A DNA stretch of 64,000 nt. It comes from Mytilus trossulus. Lineage: Eukaryota. The stretch covers positions 27,714,001 through 27,778,000 of the forward strand of contig NC_086381.1 in NCBI RefSeq assembly GCF_036588685.1, read 5' to 3'. This document shows, piece by piece, positions 48,779-64,000 of this stretch (the stretch's first letter is position 1; the number at the start of each line of letters is the position of its first letter). The notes below the pieces were generated by a model. It had not been told where the DNA came from, did not search any database, and worked only from the letters and a program-made list of their open reading frames with translations. A program made the position numbers and the translations under genes.

Positions 48779-49091
48779 ATTTAATATATCTTAACTTTTA
48801 ATTAAATTTATTAAAGCAAAAATAGATGAAACTTTAGCCAATTTAAATATTTAATACTTATTTAGCAAAAATATTAAATTATTTAAACTTATTTAGCAAA
48901 AACAAAGTTTAAAACCTAAAGATTAAAAAAAAATTAATTTATGAACTTACAAAGAAATAATAAAAAGAAGTGAAATTGAACTTAAGTAAAAAATAAAAAT
49001 AAAAATTATTTTAAATGCTAACTAAACAATTTAACAAAAAATAAACAACAGACCGTAATCTTCTCCTGTAATTGCTTTGAGATCGACGCGT

Positions 49092-49126
49092 ACGTGTTGA
49101 CTCGACGACGGCAAGCTAAGGAGTGA
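49092..49126 (-). promoter_or_regulatory. LINE internal Pol II promoter: Inr TCACTCC plus DPE ACACGT
   Basis: With A49124 as +1, G lies at +24 and ACACGT at +28..+33, matching DPE consensus DSWYVY at the canonical spacing. Confidence 0.65.
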
Positions 49127-49136
49127 ATTATCCAGT
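49127..49136 (+). repeat. Target site duplication, right copy (ATTATCCAGT)
   Basis: Identical to 41790-41799. Confidence 0.95.
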
Positions 49137-49151
49137 TAGGTGGTATTTTAC

Positions 49152-49159
49152 TATTTATA
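49152..49159 (-). promoter_or_regulatory. H2A TATA box now directly upstream of the LINE 5' end
   Basis: TATAAATA on the minus strand, starting 35 nt upstream of the LINE Inr A. Confidence 0.85.
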
Positions 49160-49367
49160 CCCGCAAAACGGATTGAAAGATGTTTCAGTTCTAAACCAAT
49201 CAAATCATCGCTTCTTCCAGGTAGTTAGGGTTGAATGTTAGAAGGGTGCTCTCTCCGAAGTTCGCGTTAAGTAAAAACTTTCAATCCGTTTAGCCGAGTA
49301 TAAATAGAAATTTTTATTAACGGCCATCATTCACTGATTACATTTCAGAGAGTATACATCTTTCAAA

Positions 49368-49742
49368 ATGCCACCAAAAGTTGGAACCAAAGGAGCCAAA
49401 AAGGCCGTAACAAAGGCAAAGACTGCCAGACCCGGCGGTGACAAGAAAAGGAGGAGGAAGAGGAGAGAATCCTATGCCATCTACATCTACAAAGTCTTGA
49501 GACAGGTTCACCCAGACACTGGAGTATCCTCAAAGGCTATGTCTATCATGAACAGTTTTGTCAACGATATCTTTGAGAGAATCGCTGCAGAAGCTTCCCG
49601 TCTCGCTCACTACAACAAGAGATCTACCATCACATCTCGGGAGATCCAGACTGCAGTTCGTCTGCTCTTACCCGGTGAATTGGCCAAGCACGCTGTCAGT
49701 GAAGGTACCAAAGCCGTCACAAAGTACACCAGCAGCAAGTAA
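49368..49742 (+). CDS. H2B: Histone H2B
   Basis: Canonical 124 aa. Confidence 0.99.
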   Translation: MPPKVGTKGAKKAVTKAKTARPGGDKKRRRKRRESYAIYIYKVLRQVHPDTGVSSKAMSIMNSFVNDIFERIAAEASRLAHYNKRSTITSREIQTAVRLLLPGELAKHAVSEGTKAVTKYTSSK

Positions 49743-50505
49743 ACAACGAGAAGTTTAACTTCACAAACGGCCCTTTTCAGGGCCACCAATATTTTTCAAA
49801 AAGAGTCTTATTATTGTTGTACATAACAAACTTCTAAATGAAGCTGTGTCCCACCCCAAAATGACAAATTTGTTTATATCTGAATTCTGTCTTTTTGTCT
49901 TTCTTTCTTTCTTTCTTTCTTTCTTTTTTTCTCTTCTTTATTCTTCATTTTATTAGCCGATTTGAAAAAATATACATACACCAGAATTTAACCTTTTCAC
50001 GGGTTATACATTTCTTCCCTCTTTTTTTTGGGGGGGGGAGGGGGTCTAGAATCGAACTATACTTGAATATGTATTGAAACATTATATAAAAAAATATCAC
50101 GAACAGATTAAATTCACACATACGTCGACAGAGAGAAAAAAGGGGGAGGGGGATTGTTTTAGGATATAAAAACAATATAACTAGAGTTTGACAATGGAGA
50201 AAAATTCAGCAATATATCTTTTACATAAAAGAATATATATGAAATAAAGAATAATTTTATTTACATTAAAAAAATCAGGAATCATATTGTATCCAAAGTC
50301 TTGCTGGTCTTTTTTTAATAGGCTTAAATAAAAAAAGTGAAAAGAAATTAAAAAAAATAAACGAATAAAAGAAAAAGGAAAGTAAAGAAAGTTGGACAGG
50401 AGAAAGCTATGGTTTTCATTTTAAGTACAACAAAGGCAGATTCTTTTTGAAATATGTTGGTGGCCCTGAAAAGGGCCGTTGTATTTGTATTTTTCAGCTG
50501 GCTGT

Positions 50506-50871
<366 letters not shown>

Positions 50872-52507
50872 CTATATATCTGATGAACGCGGCCCTAAAA
50901 GAAATACCACTGAATTTTTGATAGGTTGGACCTGATTGGTTGTTTTCGTCTAAATCCGGGAGGTAACTCTGTAGGAATTCTGTACACTTTCAATCCACTT
51001 TTTGACTGAAGCTCTGAAAATATATGAAAATAAAATATTTCAAACTGTATACAAATAAAAATACAAAGATTATAAGAGATGGACCAAATAACTAATGATC
51101 TCCATCATCAATTAATACTTCTTATATTTTCCAATGTGAAAGAGATTTATTTCCTTTTACTTAAAATACAAGAACATATCACACTGCATACATAAGCAGG
51201 AGTTAACAATGTGCAATTGCAATATAAAAACAATTAGTTTAAAGAAAATCTTTTTATACAGTATTTTTCTTGTTCAAAAGATACAGTTTCAGAGATAGTC
51301 CACTCTGCAGACTTAAGAGAGTAAAAGAGTAAAAACTAAACTACAGCATACCAGTCAGTTATTTAAGCATGGACAGATAGATTTGTAAATAAAAACAGGT
51401 GTGCATGATAATTTTTCTCAAAATCACCTTTACCAGTTTCAATAAAGATGTCCCGGGAAATTCACATTTCAAACATGTTATTATTACATGTATACAATCA
51501 ATGCTCATCTTTTAACAACTAATTAGGAATCTTTCTAAATTTAGCAGCTACTTTATACATGTAGTCATAGGTTTTTGAAATGTACACAGTGCAGCCTCAC
51601 TTTTTAAATACCACAATTGGTACATCATTGAATGAATGAATTATTGCGCCTTGTCTATTTTTCTCCACCAATGGGAAAAAAAGATTCATCCGCACACATG
51701 TTCACATCATTTATAAGGCACATAGAGCACCCAAAATAGATGCATTTTAAGCACAAAATAAAGGTATTCAAGAAAAACTTCTTTCTGTAACACACAATTG
51801 ATGGAGACAAAGTTTTCAATGAGAATTTAAGGTGGACTACTTGGACCCGTACCGAAAATATATTTCAGAAATATAAAATAATTGATTCTTCTCATGTTGT
51901 CACAGTAGAATACACAATATGAGTAAAAAATACATAAAAAAAGCATCTAAAAAATAAGTGAGAAAATAAGACCGAGAAAAATGCAATTTAGAGAAAAATA
52001 TAACCACAGAAATTAGAAAGAAATACATTTTAATAATTCTGTAATTAGAAGATGGATTGTATTGTTCTTGGAGTATGTTTTTTCTTACCTTTTTTTTATT
52101 TAAATGTATACATGTATGTTAATTTTTTCAGGAGGGTATACCAGAAAATGTATAACATTCTTGTTTTTTCCGAAGGATTTGGAAGAATTAGATAAATAAA
52201 AAATATGTATGTCTCTCTATCTCTATTTATCCTTTTATTTCTCTTCTTTGCATGTTATGAAATAAGTTTCTCTATATTTTTCTTCTATCAATACAGTAAC
52301 CCGACTTGTCTAATCTTAAGTGAGTGCAAAAAAAAAAGATAATAAGAAAGAAGAATAAAGAGAGATGTGGAGAGAAAGAAGAATAAAGAAAGATGTGGAG
52401 AGGGGGTTTCAGCTATATTTGATTTTGATGTACAACATATTCAGACTCTTTTTGGAAAATATTGGTGGCCCTTAAAAGGGCCGTTATTGTATAGAGTAAA
52501 GGTCAGT

Positions 52508-52972
<465 letters not shown>

Positions 52973-54300
52973 TCAAATGTTAGTGTATTTGTGCTAGCCG
53001 CAATGTTTGCAAACACGACACTGATTGGCCTTTCGGGGTAATAAAACTCACGTTGATTGGTTGAAATCTCTGTGTTATGATTGGACTGATCTGGAAGTTA
53101 CTTTCACAGCTTTCGATCCCTTTTTGGACTGAAGCTATGATTGTTCACCCCAAGCTAACAATTGGCACAATTTGTTTCTATTCTGATAGTGTCAGCGAAA
53201 ATTTGACATAAGACCAAAAAAAATAATAATCAAGAGTAATGCAGAACTTAATAATAATCTTTATTCAAATAATAAATAATTGTTTAATCAACAGTCTGAC
53301 ACGAAATTAATAATTGACAGGAAATGTAAATTAAAGAGCAAAATAGAAGAAGAAAAAAGAGAAAAAAAACATCATCCATCCATTTTCATCAATAGCCAGT
53401 GGTATAGAAATGCAGCCGTTTTCTTAGTTTCTCGTATAGACATGCTTACTATAGTACACAATTGTCACTCGTCTCAGTGTCTTAAAACAAAGAGAACACT
53501 TTTTATCCTCTCTATAGTCTTTGTGTTCTCTCTAGCTATACAGTCTCTGTATTCTCTAGTCTCTGTATCATGTAAAGCCATGATATTCTCTATATAGTAT
53601 ACTGCACGCATACTGTGAAACTTGCACATTGTTGAAGTATTCTTTATTGTTTATATACGAATTTTGCAAATACAAAGGATTTGAGCTAAAAAATAATCTA
53701 CACAACTATAAACATACGCATAAGTACTTTGTATAGGAACACAAAATATATATTATATATCTAAGAGAATGTGACAGCAGAAGAGGAAGAAAAGAATTCA
53801 CATAGATCACAGTTAGACAGACAACGAACGAACGAATATATATTATATAAAAATAAGGTCATAGATTGTATTGTGTGTGCTTATATAGTATAATATATAG
53901 GACTGCAACTTAATTTACACCAAAAAAATATGCAACATTGACCACTAACAACTATGAGTTTTTCTTCCTCTCGTGCTTGCGCATTTTCATCGAATCTACG
54001 TTATATAGTTCGTTTATTTTCTTGGACTTTTATAGGGGAAAAAAAGAAACTCGTACTGTTCTTCATTTTTTTTCCACATCAAATATTGTTATATATATAA
54101 TTAGAAAGTAGACATCTGTATGCTGTTTATAAAGAAAAGGAAAAATAAAGAGATAAAGACAAGAGAAATGGAGGGAGTGAGCTATGTTTGAGATTGCTTT
54201 CTGCATTCAACTAAATTGTACAACAAAGTCAGATTCTTTTTGAAAAATGTTGGTGGCCCTGAAAAGGGCCGTTGTAAGTGAAGTTTCTGTAGTGTTGACT

Positions 54301-54684
<384 letters not shown>

Positions 54685-54962
54685 TTAATACGTTGTTTGA
54701 CTTGAACAAGTATAAACAATGATTATCCAGTTAGGTGGTATTTTACTATTTATACCCGCAAAACGGATTGAAAGATGTTTCAGTTCTAAACCAATCAAAT
54801 CATCGCTTCTTCCAGGTAGTTAGGGTTGAATGTTAGAAGGGTGCTCTCTCCGAAGTTCGCGTTAAGTAAAAACTTTCAATCCGTTTAGCCGAGTATAAAT
54901 AGAAATTTTTATTAACGGCCATCATTCACTGATTACATTTCAGAGAGTATACATCTTTCAAA

Positions 54963-55337
54963 ATGCCACCAAAAGTTGGAACCAAAGGAGCCAAAAAGGC
55001 CGTAACAAAGGCAAAGACTGCCAGACCCGGCGGTGACAAGAAAAGGAGGAGGAAGAGGAGAGAATCCTATGCCATCTACATCTACAAAGTCTTGAGACAG
55101 GTTCACCCAGACACTGGAGTATCCTCAAAGGCTATGTCTATCATGAACAGTTTTGTCAACGATATCTTTGAGAGAATCGCTGCAGAAGCTTCCCGTCTCG
55201 CTCACTACAACAAGAGATCTACCATCACATCTCGGGAGATCCAGACTGCAGTTCGTCTGCTCTTACCCGGTGAATTGGCCAAGCACGCTGTCAGTGAAGG
55301 TACCAAAGCCGTCACAAAGTACACCAGCAGCAAGTAA
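54963..55337 (+). CDS. H2B: Histone H2B
   Basis: Canonical 124 aa. Confidence 0.99.
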   Translation: MPPKVGTKGAKKAVTKAKTARPGGDKKRRRKRRESYAIYIYKVLRQVHPDTGVSSKAMSIMNSFVNDIFERIAAEASRLAHYNKRSTITSREIQTAVRLLLPGELAKHAVSEGTKAVTKYTSSK

Positions 55338-56100
55338 ACAACGAGAAGTTTAACTTCACAAACGGCCCTTTTCAGGGCCACCAATATTTTTCAAAAAGAG
55401 TCTTATTATTGTTGTACATAACAAACTTCTAAATGAAGCTGTGTCCCACCCCAAAATGACAAATTTGTTTATATCTGAATTCTGTCTTTTTGTCTTTCTT
55501 TCTTTCTTTCTTTCTTTCTTTTTTTCTCTTCTTTATTCTTCATTTTATTAGCCGATTTGAAAAAATATACATACACCAGAATTTAACCTTTTCACGGGTT
55601 ATACATTTCTTCCCTCTTTTTTTTGGGGGGGGGAGGGGGTCTAGAATCGAACTATACTTGAATATGTATTGAAACATTATATAAAAAAATATCACGAACA
55701 GATTAAATTCACACATACGTCGACAGAGAGAAAAAAGGGGGAGGGGGATTGTTTTAGGATATAAAAACAATATAACTAGAGTTTGACAATGGAGAAAAAT
55801 TCAGCAATATATCTTTTACATAAAAGAATATATATGAAATAAAGAATAATTTTATTTACATTAAAAAAATCAGGAATCATATTGTATCCAAAGTCTTGCT
55901 GGTCTTTTTTTAATAGGCTTAAATAAAAAAAGTGAAAAGAAATTAAAAAAAATAAACGAATAAAAGAAAAAGGAAAGTAAAGAAAGTTGGACAGGAGAAA
56001 GCTATGGTTTTCATTTTAAGTACAACAAAGGCAGATTCTTTTTGAAATATGTTGGTGGCCCTGAAAAGGGCCGTTGTATTTGTATTTTTCAGCTGGCTGT

Positions 56101-56466
<366 letters not shown>

Positions 56467-58102
56467 CTATATATCTGATGAACGCGGCCCTAAAAGAAAT
56501 ACCACTGAATTTTTGATAGGTTGGACCTGATTGGTTGTTTTCGTCTAAATCCGGGAGGTAACTCTGTAGGAATTCTGTACACTTTCAATCCACTTTTTGA
56601 CTGAAGCTCTGAAAATATATGAAAATAAAATATTTCAAACTGTATACAAATAAAAATACAAAGATTATAAGAGATGGACCAAATAACTAATGATCTCCAT
56701 CATCAATTAATACTTCTTATATTTTCCAATGTGAAAGAGATTTATTTCCTTTTACTTAAAATACAAGAACATATCACACTGCATACATAAGCAGGAGTTA
56801 ACAATGTGCAATTGCAATATAAAAACAATTAGTTTAAAGAAAATCTTTTTATACAGTATTTTTCTTGTTCAAAAGATACAGTTTCAGAGATAGTCCACTC
56901 TGCAGACTTAAGAGAGTAAAAGAGTAAAAACTAAACTACAGCATACCAGTCAGTTATTTAAGCATGGACAGATAGATTTGTAAATAAAAACAGGTGTGCA
57001 TGATAATTTTTCTCAAAATCACCTTTACCAGTTTCAATAAAGATGTCCCGGGAAATTCACATTTCAAACATGTTATTATTACATGTATACAATCAATGCT
57101 CATCTTTTAACAACTAATTAGGAATCTTTCTAAATTTAGCAGCTACTTTATACATGTAGTCATAGGTTTTTGAAATGTACACAGTGCAGCCTCACTTTTT
57201 AAATACCACAATTGGTACATCATTGAATGAATGAATTATTGCGCCTTGTCTATTTTTCTCCACCAATGGGAAAAAAAGATTCATCCGCACACATGTTCAC
57301 ATCATTTATAAGGCACATAGAGCACCCAAAATAGATGCATTTTAAGCACAAAATAAAGGTATTCAAGAAAAACTTCTTTCTGTAACACACAATTGATGGA
57401 GACAAAGTTTTCAATGAGAATTTAAGGTGGACTACTTGGACCCGTACCGAAAATATATTTCAGAAATATAAAATAATTGATTCTTCTCATGTTGTCACAG
57501 TAGAATACACAATATGAGTAAAAAATACATAAAAAAAGCATCTAAAAAATAAGTGAGAAAATAAGACCGAGAAAAATGCAATTTAGAGAAAAATATAACC
57601 ACAGAAATTAGAAAGAAATACATTTTAATAATTCTGTAATTAGAAGATGGATTGTATTGTTCTTGGAGTATGTTTTTTCTTACCTTTTTTTTATTTAAAT
57701 GTATACATGTATGTTAATTTTTTCAGGAGGGTATACCAGAAAATGTATAACATTCTTGTTTTTTCCGAAGGATTTGGAAGAATTAGATAAATAAAAAATA
57801 TGTATGTCTCTCTATCTCTATTTATCCTTTTATTTCTCTTCTTTGCATGTTATGAAATAAGTTTCTCTATATTTTTCTTCTATCAATACAGTAACCCGAC
57901 TTGTCTAATCTTAAGTGAGTGCAAAAAAAAAAGATAATAAGAAAGAAGAATAAAGAGAGATGTGGAGAGAAAGAAGAATAAAGAAAGATGTGGAGAGGGG
58001 GTTTCAGCTATATTTGATTTTGATGTACAACATATTCAGACTCTTTTTGGAAAATATTGGTGGCCCTTAAAAGGGCCGTTATTGTATAGAGTAAAGGTCA
58101 GT

Positions 58103-58567
<465 letters not shown>

Positions 58568-59847
58568 TCAAATGTTAGTGTATTTGTGCTAGCCGCAATG
58601 TTTGCAAACACGACACTGATTGGCCTTTCGGGGTAATAAAACTCACGTTGATTGGTTGAAATCTCTGTGTTATGATTGGACTGATCTGGAAGTTACTTTC
58701 ACAGCTTTCGATCCCTTTTTGGACTGAAGCTATGATTGTTCACCCCAAGCTAACAATTGGCACAATTTGTTTCTATTCTGATAGTGTCAGCGAAAATTTG
58801 ACATAAGACCAAAAAAAATAATAATCAAGAGTAATGCAGAACTTAATAATAATCTTTATTCAAATAATAAATAATTGTTTAATCAACAGTCTGACACGAA
58901 ATTAATAATTGACAGGAAATGTAAATTAAAGAGCAAAATAGAAGAAGAAAAAAGAGAAAAAAAACATCATCCATCCATTTTCATCAATAGCCAGTGGTAT
59001 AGAAATGCAGCCGTTTTCTTAGTTTCTCGTATAGACATGCTTACTATAGTACACAATTGTCACTCGTCTCAGTGTCTTAAAACAAAGAGAACACTTTTTA
59101 TCCTCTCTATAGTCTTTGTGTTCTCTCTAGCTATACAGTCTCTGTATTCTCTAGTCTCTGTATCATGTAAAGCCATGATATTCTCTATATAGTATACTGC
59201 ACGCATACTGTGAAACTTGCACATTGTTGAAGTATTCTTTATTGTTTATATACGAATTTTGCAAATACAAAGGATTTGAGCTAAAAAATAATCTACACAA
59301 CTATAAACATACGCATAAGTACTTTGTATAGGAACACAAAATATATATTATATATCTAAGAGAATGTGACAGCAGAAGAGGAAGAAAAGAATTCACATAG
59401 ATCACAGTTAGACAGACAACGAACGAACGAATATATATTATATAAAAATAAGGTCATAGATTGTATTGTGTGTGCTTATATAGTATAATATATAGGACTG
59501 CAACTTAATTTACACCAAAAAAATATGCAACATTGACCACTAACAACTATGAGTTTTTCTTCCTCTCGTGCTTGCGCATTTTCATCGAATCTACGTTATA
59601 TAGTTCGTTTATTTTCTTGGACTTTTATAGGGGAAAAAAAGAAACTCGTACTGTTCTTCATTTTTTTTCCACATCAAATATTGTTATATATATAATTAGA
59701 AAGTAGACATCTGTATGCTGTTTATAAAGAAAAGGAAAAATAAAGAGATAAAGACAAGAGAAATGGAGGGAGTGAGCTATGTTTGAGATTGCTTTCTGCA
59801 TTCAACTAAATTGTACAACAAAGTCAGATTCTTTTTGAAAAATGTTG

Positions 59848-59947
59848 NNNNNNNNNNNNNNNNNNNNNNNNNNNNNNNNNNNNNNNNNNNNNNNNNNNNN
59901 NNNNNNNNNNNNNNNNNNNNNNNNNNNNNNNNNNNNNNNNNNNNNNN
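59848..59947. other. Assembly gap (100 N)
   Basis: Run of N; orientation flips. Confidence 0.99.
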
Positions 59948-60173
<226 letters not shown>

Positions 60174-60927
60174 ACAGCCAGCTGAAAAATACAAATACAA
60201 CGGCCCTTTTCAGGGCCACCAACATTTTTCAAAAAGAATCTGCATTTGTTGTACTTAAAAAGAAAACCATAGCTTTCTCCTGTCCAACTTTCTTTACTTT
60301 CCTTTTTCTTTTATTCGTTTATTTTTTTTAATTTCTTTTCACTATTTTTATTTAAGCCTATTAAAAAAAGACCAGCAAGGCTTTGGATACAATATGATTC
60401 CTGATTTTTGAATGTAAATAACATTTTTATTCTTTATTTCATATGTATTCTTTTATGTAAAAGATATATTGCTGATTTTTCCTCCATTGTCAAACTCTAG
60501 TTATATTGTTTTTATATCCTAAAACAATCCCCCTCCCCCTTTTTTCTCTCTGTCGACGTATGTGTGAATTTAATCTGTTCGTGATATTTTTTTATATAAT
60601 GTTTCAATACATATTCAAGTATAGTTCGATTCTAGACCCCCTCCCCCCCAAAAAAAGAGGGAAGAAATGTATAACCCGTGAAAAGGTTAAATTCTGGTGT
60701 ATGTATATTTTTTCAAATCGGCTAATAAAATGAAGAATAAAGAAGAGAAAAGAAGAAAGAAAGAAAGAAAGACAAAAAGACAGAATTCAGATATAAATAA
60801 ATTTGTCATTTTGGGGTGGGACACAGCTTCATTTAGAAGTTTGTTATGTACAACAATAATAAGACTCTTTTTGAAAAATATTGGTGGCCCTGAAAAGGGC
60901 CGTTTGTGAAGTTAAACTTCTCGTTGT

Positions 60928-61302
60928 TTACTTGCTGCTGGTGTACTTTGTGACGGCTTTGGTACCTTCACTGACAGCGTGCTTGGCCAATTCACCGGGT
61001 AGGAGCAGACGAACTGCAGTCTGGATCTCCCGAGATGTGATGGTAGATCTCTTGTTGTAGTGAGCGAGACGGGAAGCTTCTGCAGCGATTCTCTCAAAGA
61101 TATCGTTGACAAAACTGTTCATGATAGACATAGCCTTTGAGGATACTCCAGTGTCTGGGTGCACCTGTCTCAAGACTTTGTAGATGTAGATGGCATAGGA
61201 TTCTCTCCTCTTCCTCCTCCTTTTCTTGTCACCGCCGGGTCTGGCAGTCTTTGCCTTTGTTACGGCCTTTTTGGCTCCTTTGGTTCCAACTTTTGGTGGC
61301 AT
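60928..61302 (-). CDS. H2B: Histone H2B
   Basis: Canonical 124 aa from ATG at 61302. Confidence 0.98.
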   Translation of the reverse strand: MPPKVGTKGAKKAVTKAKTARPGGDKKRRRKRRESYAIYIYKVLRQVHPDTGVSSKAMSIMNSFVNDIFERIAAEASRLAHYNKRSTITSREIQTAVRLLLPGELAKHAVSEGTKAVTKYTSSK

Positions 61303-61579
61303 TTTTGACAGATGTATACTCTCTGAAATGTAATCAGTGAATGATGGCCGTAAATAAAAATTTCTATTTATACTCGGCAAAACGGATTGAAAGTTTTTAC
61401 TTAACGCGAACTTCGGAGAGAGCACCTTCTAACATTCAACCTAACTACCTGGAAGAAGCGATGATTTGATTGGTTTAGAACTGAAACATCTTTCAATCCG
61501 TTTTGCGGGTATAAATAGTAAAATACCACCTAACGGGGTAATCATTGTTTATACTTGTTCAAGTCAAACAACGTATTAA

Positions 61580-61963
<384 letters not shown>

Positions 61964-62407
61964 AGTCAACACTACAGAAACTTCACTTACAACGGCCCTT
62001 TTCAGGGCCACCAACATTTTTCAAAAAGAATCTGACTTTGTTGTGCAATCTCAAACATAGCTCACTCCCTCCATTTCTCTTGTCTTTATCTCTTTATTTT
62101 TCCTTTTCTTTATAAACAGCATACAGATGTCTACTTTCTTATTATATATATAACAATATTTGATGTGGAAAAAAAATGAAGAACAGTACGAGTTTCTTTT
62201 TTTCCCCTATAAAAGTCCAAGAAAATAAACAACTATATATAAACGTAGATTCGATGAAAATGCGCAAGCACGAGAGGAAGAAAAACTCATAGTTGTTAGT
62301 GGTCAATATTGCATATATTTTTGGTGTAAATTTAGTTGCAGTCCTATATATTATACTATATAAGCACACACATTACAATCTATGACCTTATTTTTATATA
62401 ATATATA

Positions 62408-62463
62408 TTCGTTCGTTCGTTCGTTCGTTCGTTCGTTCGTTCGTTCGTTCGTTCGTTCGTTCG
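62408..62463 (+). repeat. (TTCG)14 microsatellite
   Basis: Only 3 copies at the same position in the standard unit. Confidence 0.95.
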
Positions 62464-63308
62464 TTGTCTGTCTAACTGTGATCTATGTGAATTCTTTTCT
62501 TCCTCTTCTGCTGTCACATTCTCTTAGATATATAATATATATTTTGTATTCCTATACAAAGTACTTATGCGTATGTTTATAGTTGTGTAGATTATTTTTT
62601 AGCTCAAATCCTTTGTATTTGCAAAATTCGTATATAAACAATAAAGAATACTTCAACAATGTGCAAGTTTCCCAGTATGCGTGCAGTATACTATATAGAG
62701 AATATCATGGCTTTACATGATACAGAGACTAGAGAATACAGACACTGTATAGCTAGAGAGAACACAAAGACTATAGAGAGGATAAAAAGTGTTCTCTTTG
62801 TTTTAAGACACTGAGACGAGTGACAATTGTGTACTATAGTAAGCATGTCTATACGAGAAACTGGCTACACACACTAAGAAAACGGCTGCATTTCTATACC
62901 ACTGGCTATTGATGAAAATGGATGGATGATGTTTTTTTTTCTCTTTTTCTTCTTCTATTTTGCTCTTTAATTTACATTTCCTGTCAATTATTAATTTCGT
63001 GTCAGACTGTTGATTAAACAATTATTTATTATTTGAATAAAGATTATTATTAAGTTCTGCATTACTCTTGATTATTATTTTTTTTGGTCTTATGTCAAAT
63101 TTTCGCTGACACTATCAGAATAGAAACAAATTGTGCCAATTGTTAGCTTGGGGTGAACAATCTTTAGCTTCAGTCCAAAAAGGGATCGAAAGCTGTGAAA
63201 GTAACTTCCAGATCAGTCCAATCATAATACAGAGATTTCAACCAATCAACGTGAGTTTTATTACCCCGAAAGGCCAATCAGTGTCGTGTTTGCAAACATT
63301 GCGGCTAG

Positions 63309-63794
<486 letters not shown>

Positions 63795-64000
63795 ACTGAC
63801 CTTTACTCTATACAATAACGGCCCTTTTAAGGGCCACCAATATTTTCCAAAAAGAGTCTGAATATGTTGTACATCAAAATCAAAAATAGCTGAAACCCCC
63901 TCTCCACATCTTTCTTTATTTTTCTTTCTCTCCACATCTCTCTTTATTCTTCTTTCTTATTATCTTTTTTTTTTGCACTTAAGATTAGACAAGTCAGGTT

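Larger units (their letters stand above)
41800..49126 (-). mobile_element. Full-length non-LTR retrotransposon (LINE), I group with RNase H (I/Nimb-like clade), 7327 bp
   Basis: Two intact ORFs, 348-bp 5'UTR, 1655-bp 3'UTR, 10-bp TSD; the H2A-H2B start distance grows from 285 to 7622 = 285+7327+10; clade within the I group is inferred. Confidence 0.97.

Noticed and set aside
41800-49126. LTR retrotransposon, R2-type element or DNA transposon
   Set aside because: No terminal repeats, integrase or protease; the endonuclease is N-terminal APE, not a C-terminal restriction-like domain.

Overview
Eukaryotic (animal) DNA. The H2B N-terminus ([35 protein letters not shown]) is what I recall for mussel (Mytilus-type) H2B; this is recognition from memory, not a search. 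Almost the whole window is a tandem array of a ~5595-bp replication-dependent core-histone repeat (H2B<- ->H2A ->H3 ->H4, no H1 or 5S recognised). It is split into four contigs by three 100-N gaps, with orientation flipping at each gap. One repeat unit is interrupted by a full-length, intact 7327-bp I-group non-LTR retrotransposon (41800-49126, minus strand): ORF1 has three CCHC knuckles and ORF2 has APE-RT-RNase H-CCHC. It is flanked by a perfect 10-bp TSD (ATTATCCAGT). It sits between the H2A TATA box and the putative H2A cap motif, in the H2A sense direction, so its own Inr takes the place of the H2A start site. It has no poly(A) tail and runs straight into the H2A 5'UTR/CDS. Its 1.65-kb 3'UTR carries a diverged ~63-nt antisense copy of the H2B 3' coding end and a five-copy structured repeat array. 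A diverged histone repeat variant at the end of the window has two substitutions inside the 10-bp target site. Together these suggest a candidate histone-gene-specialised retrotransposon, but only one insertion is visible, so specificity is unproven.
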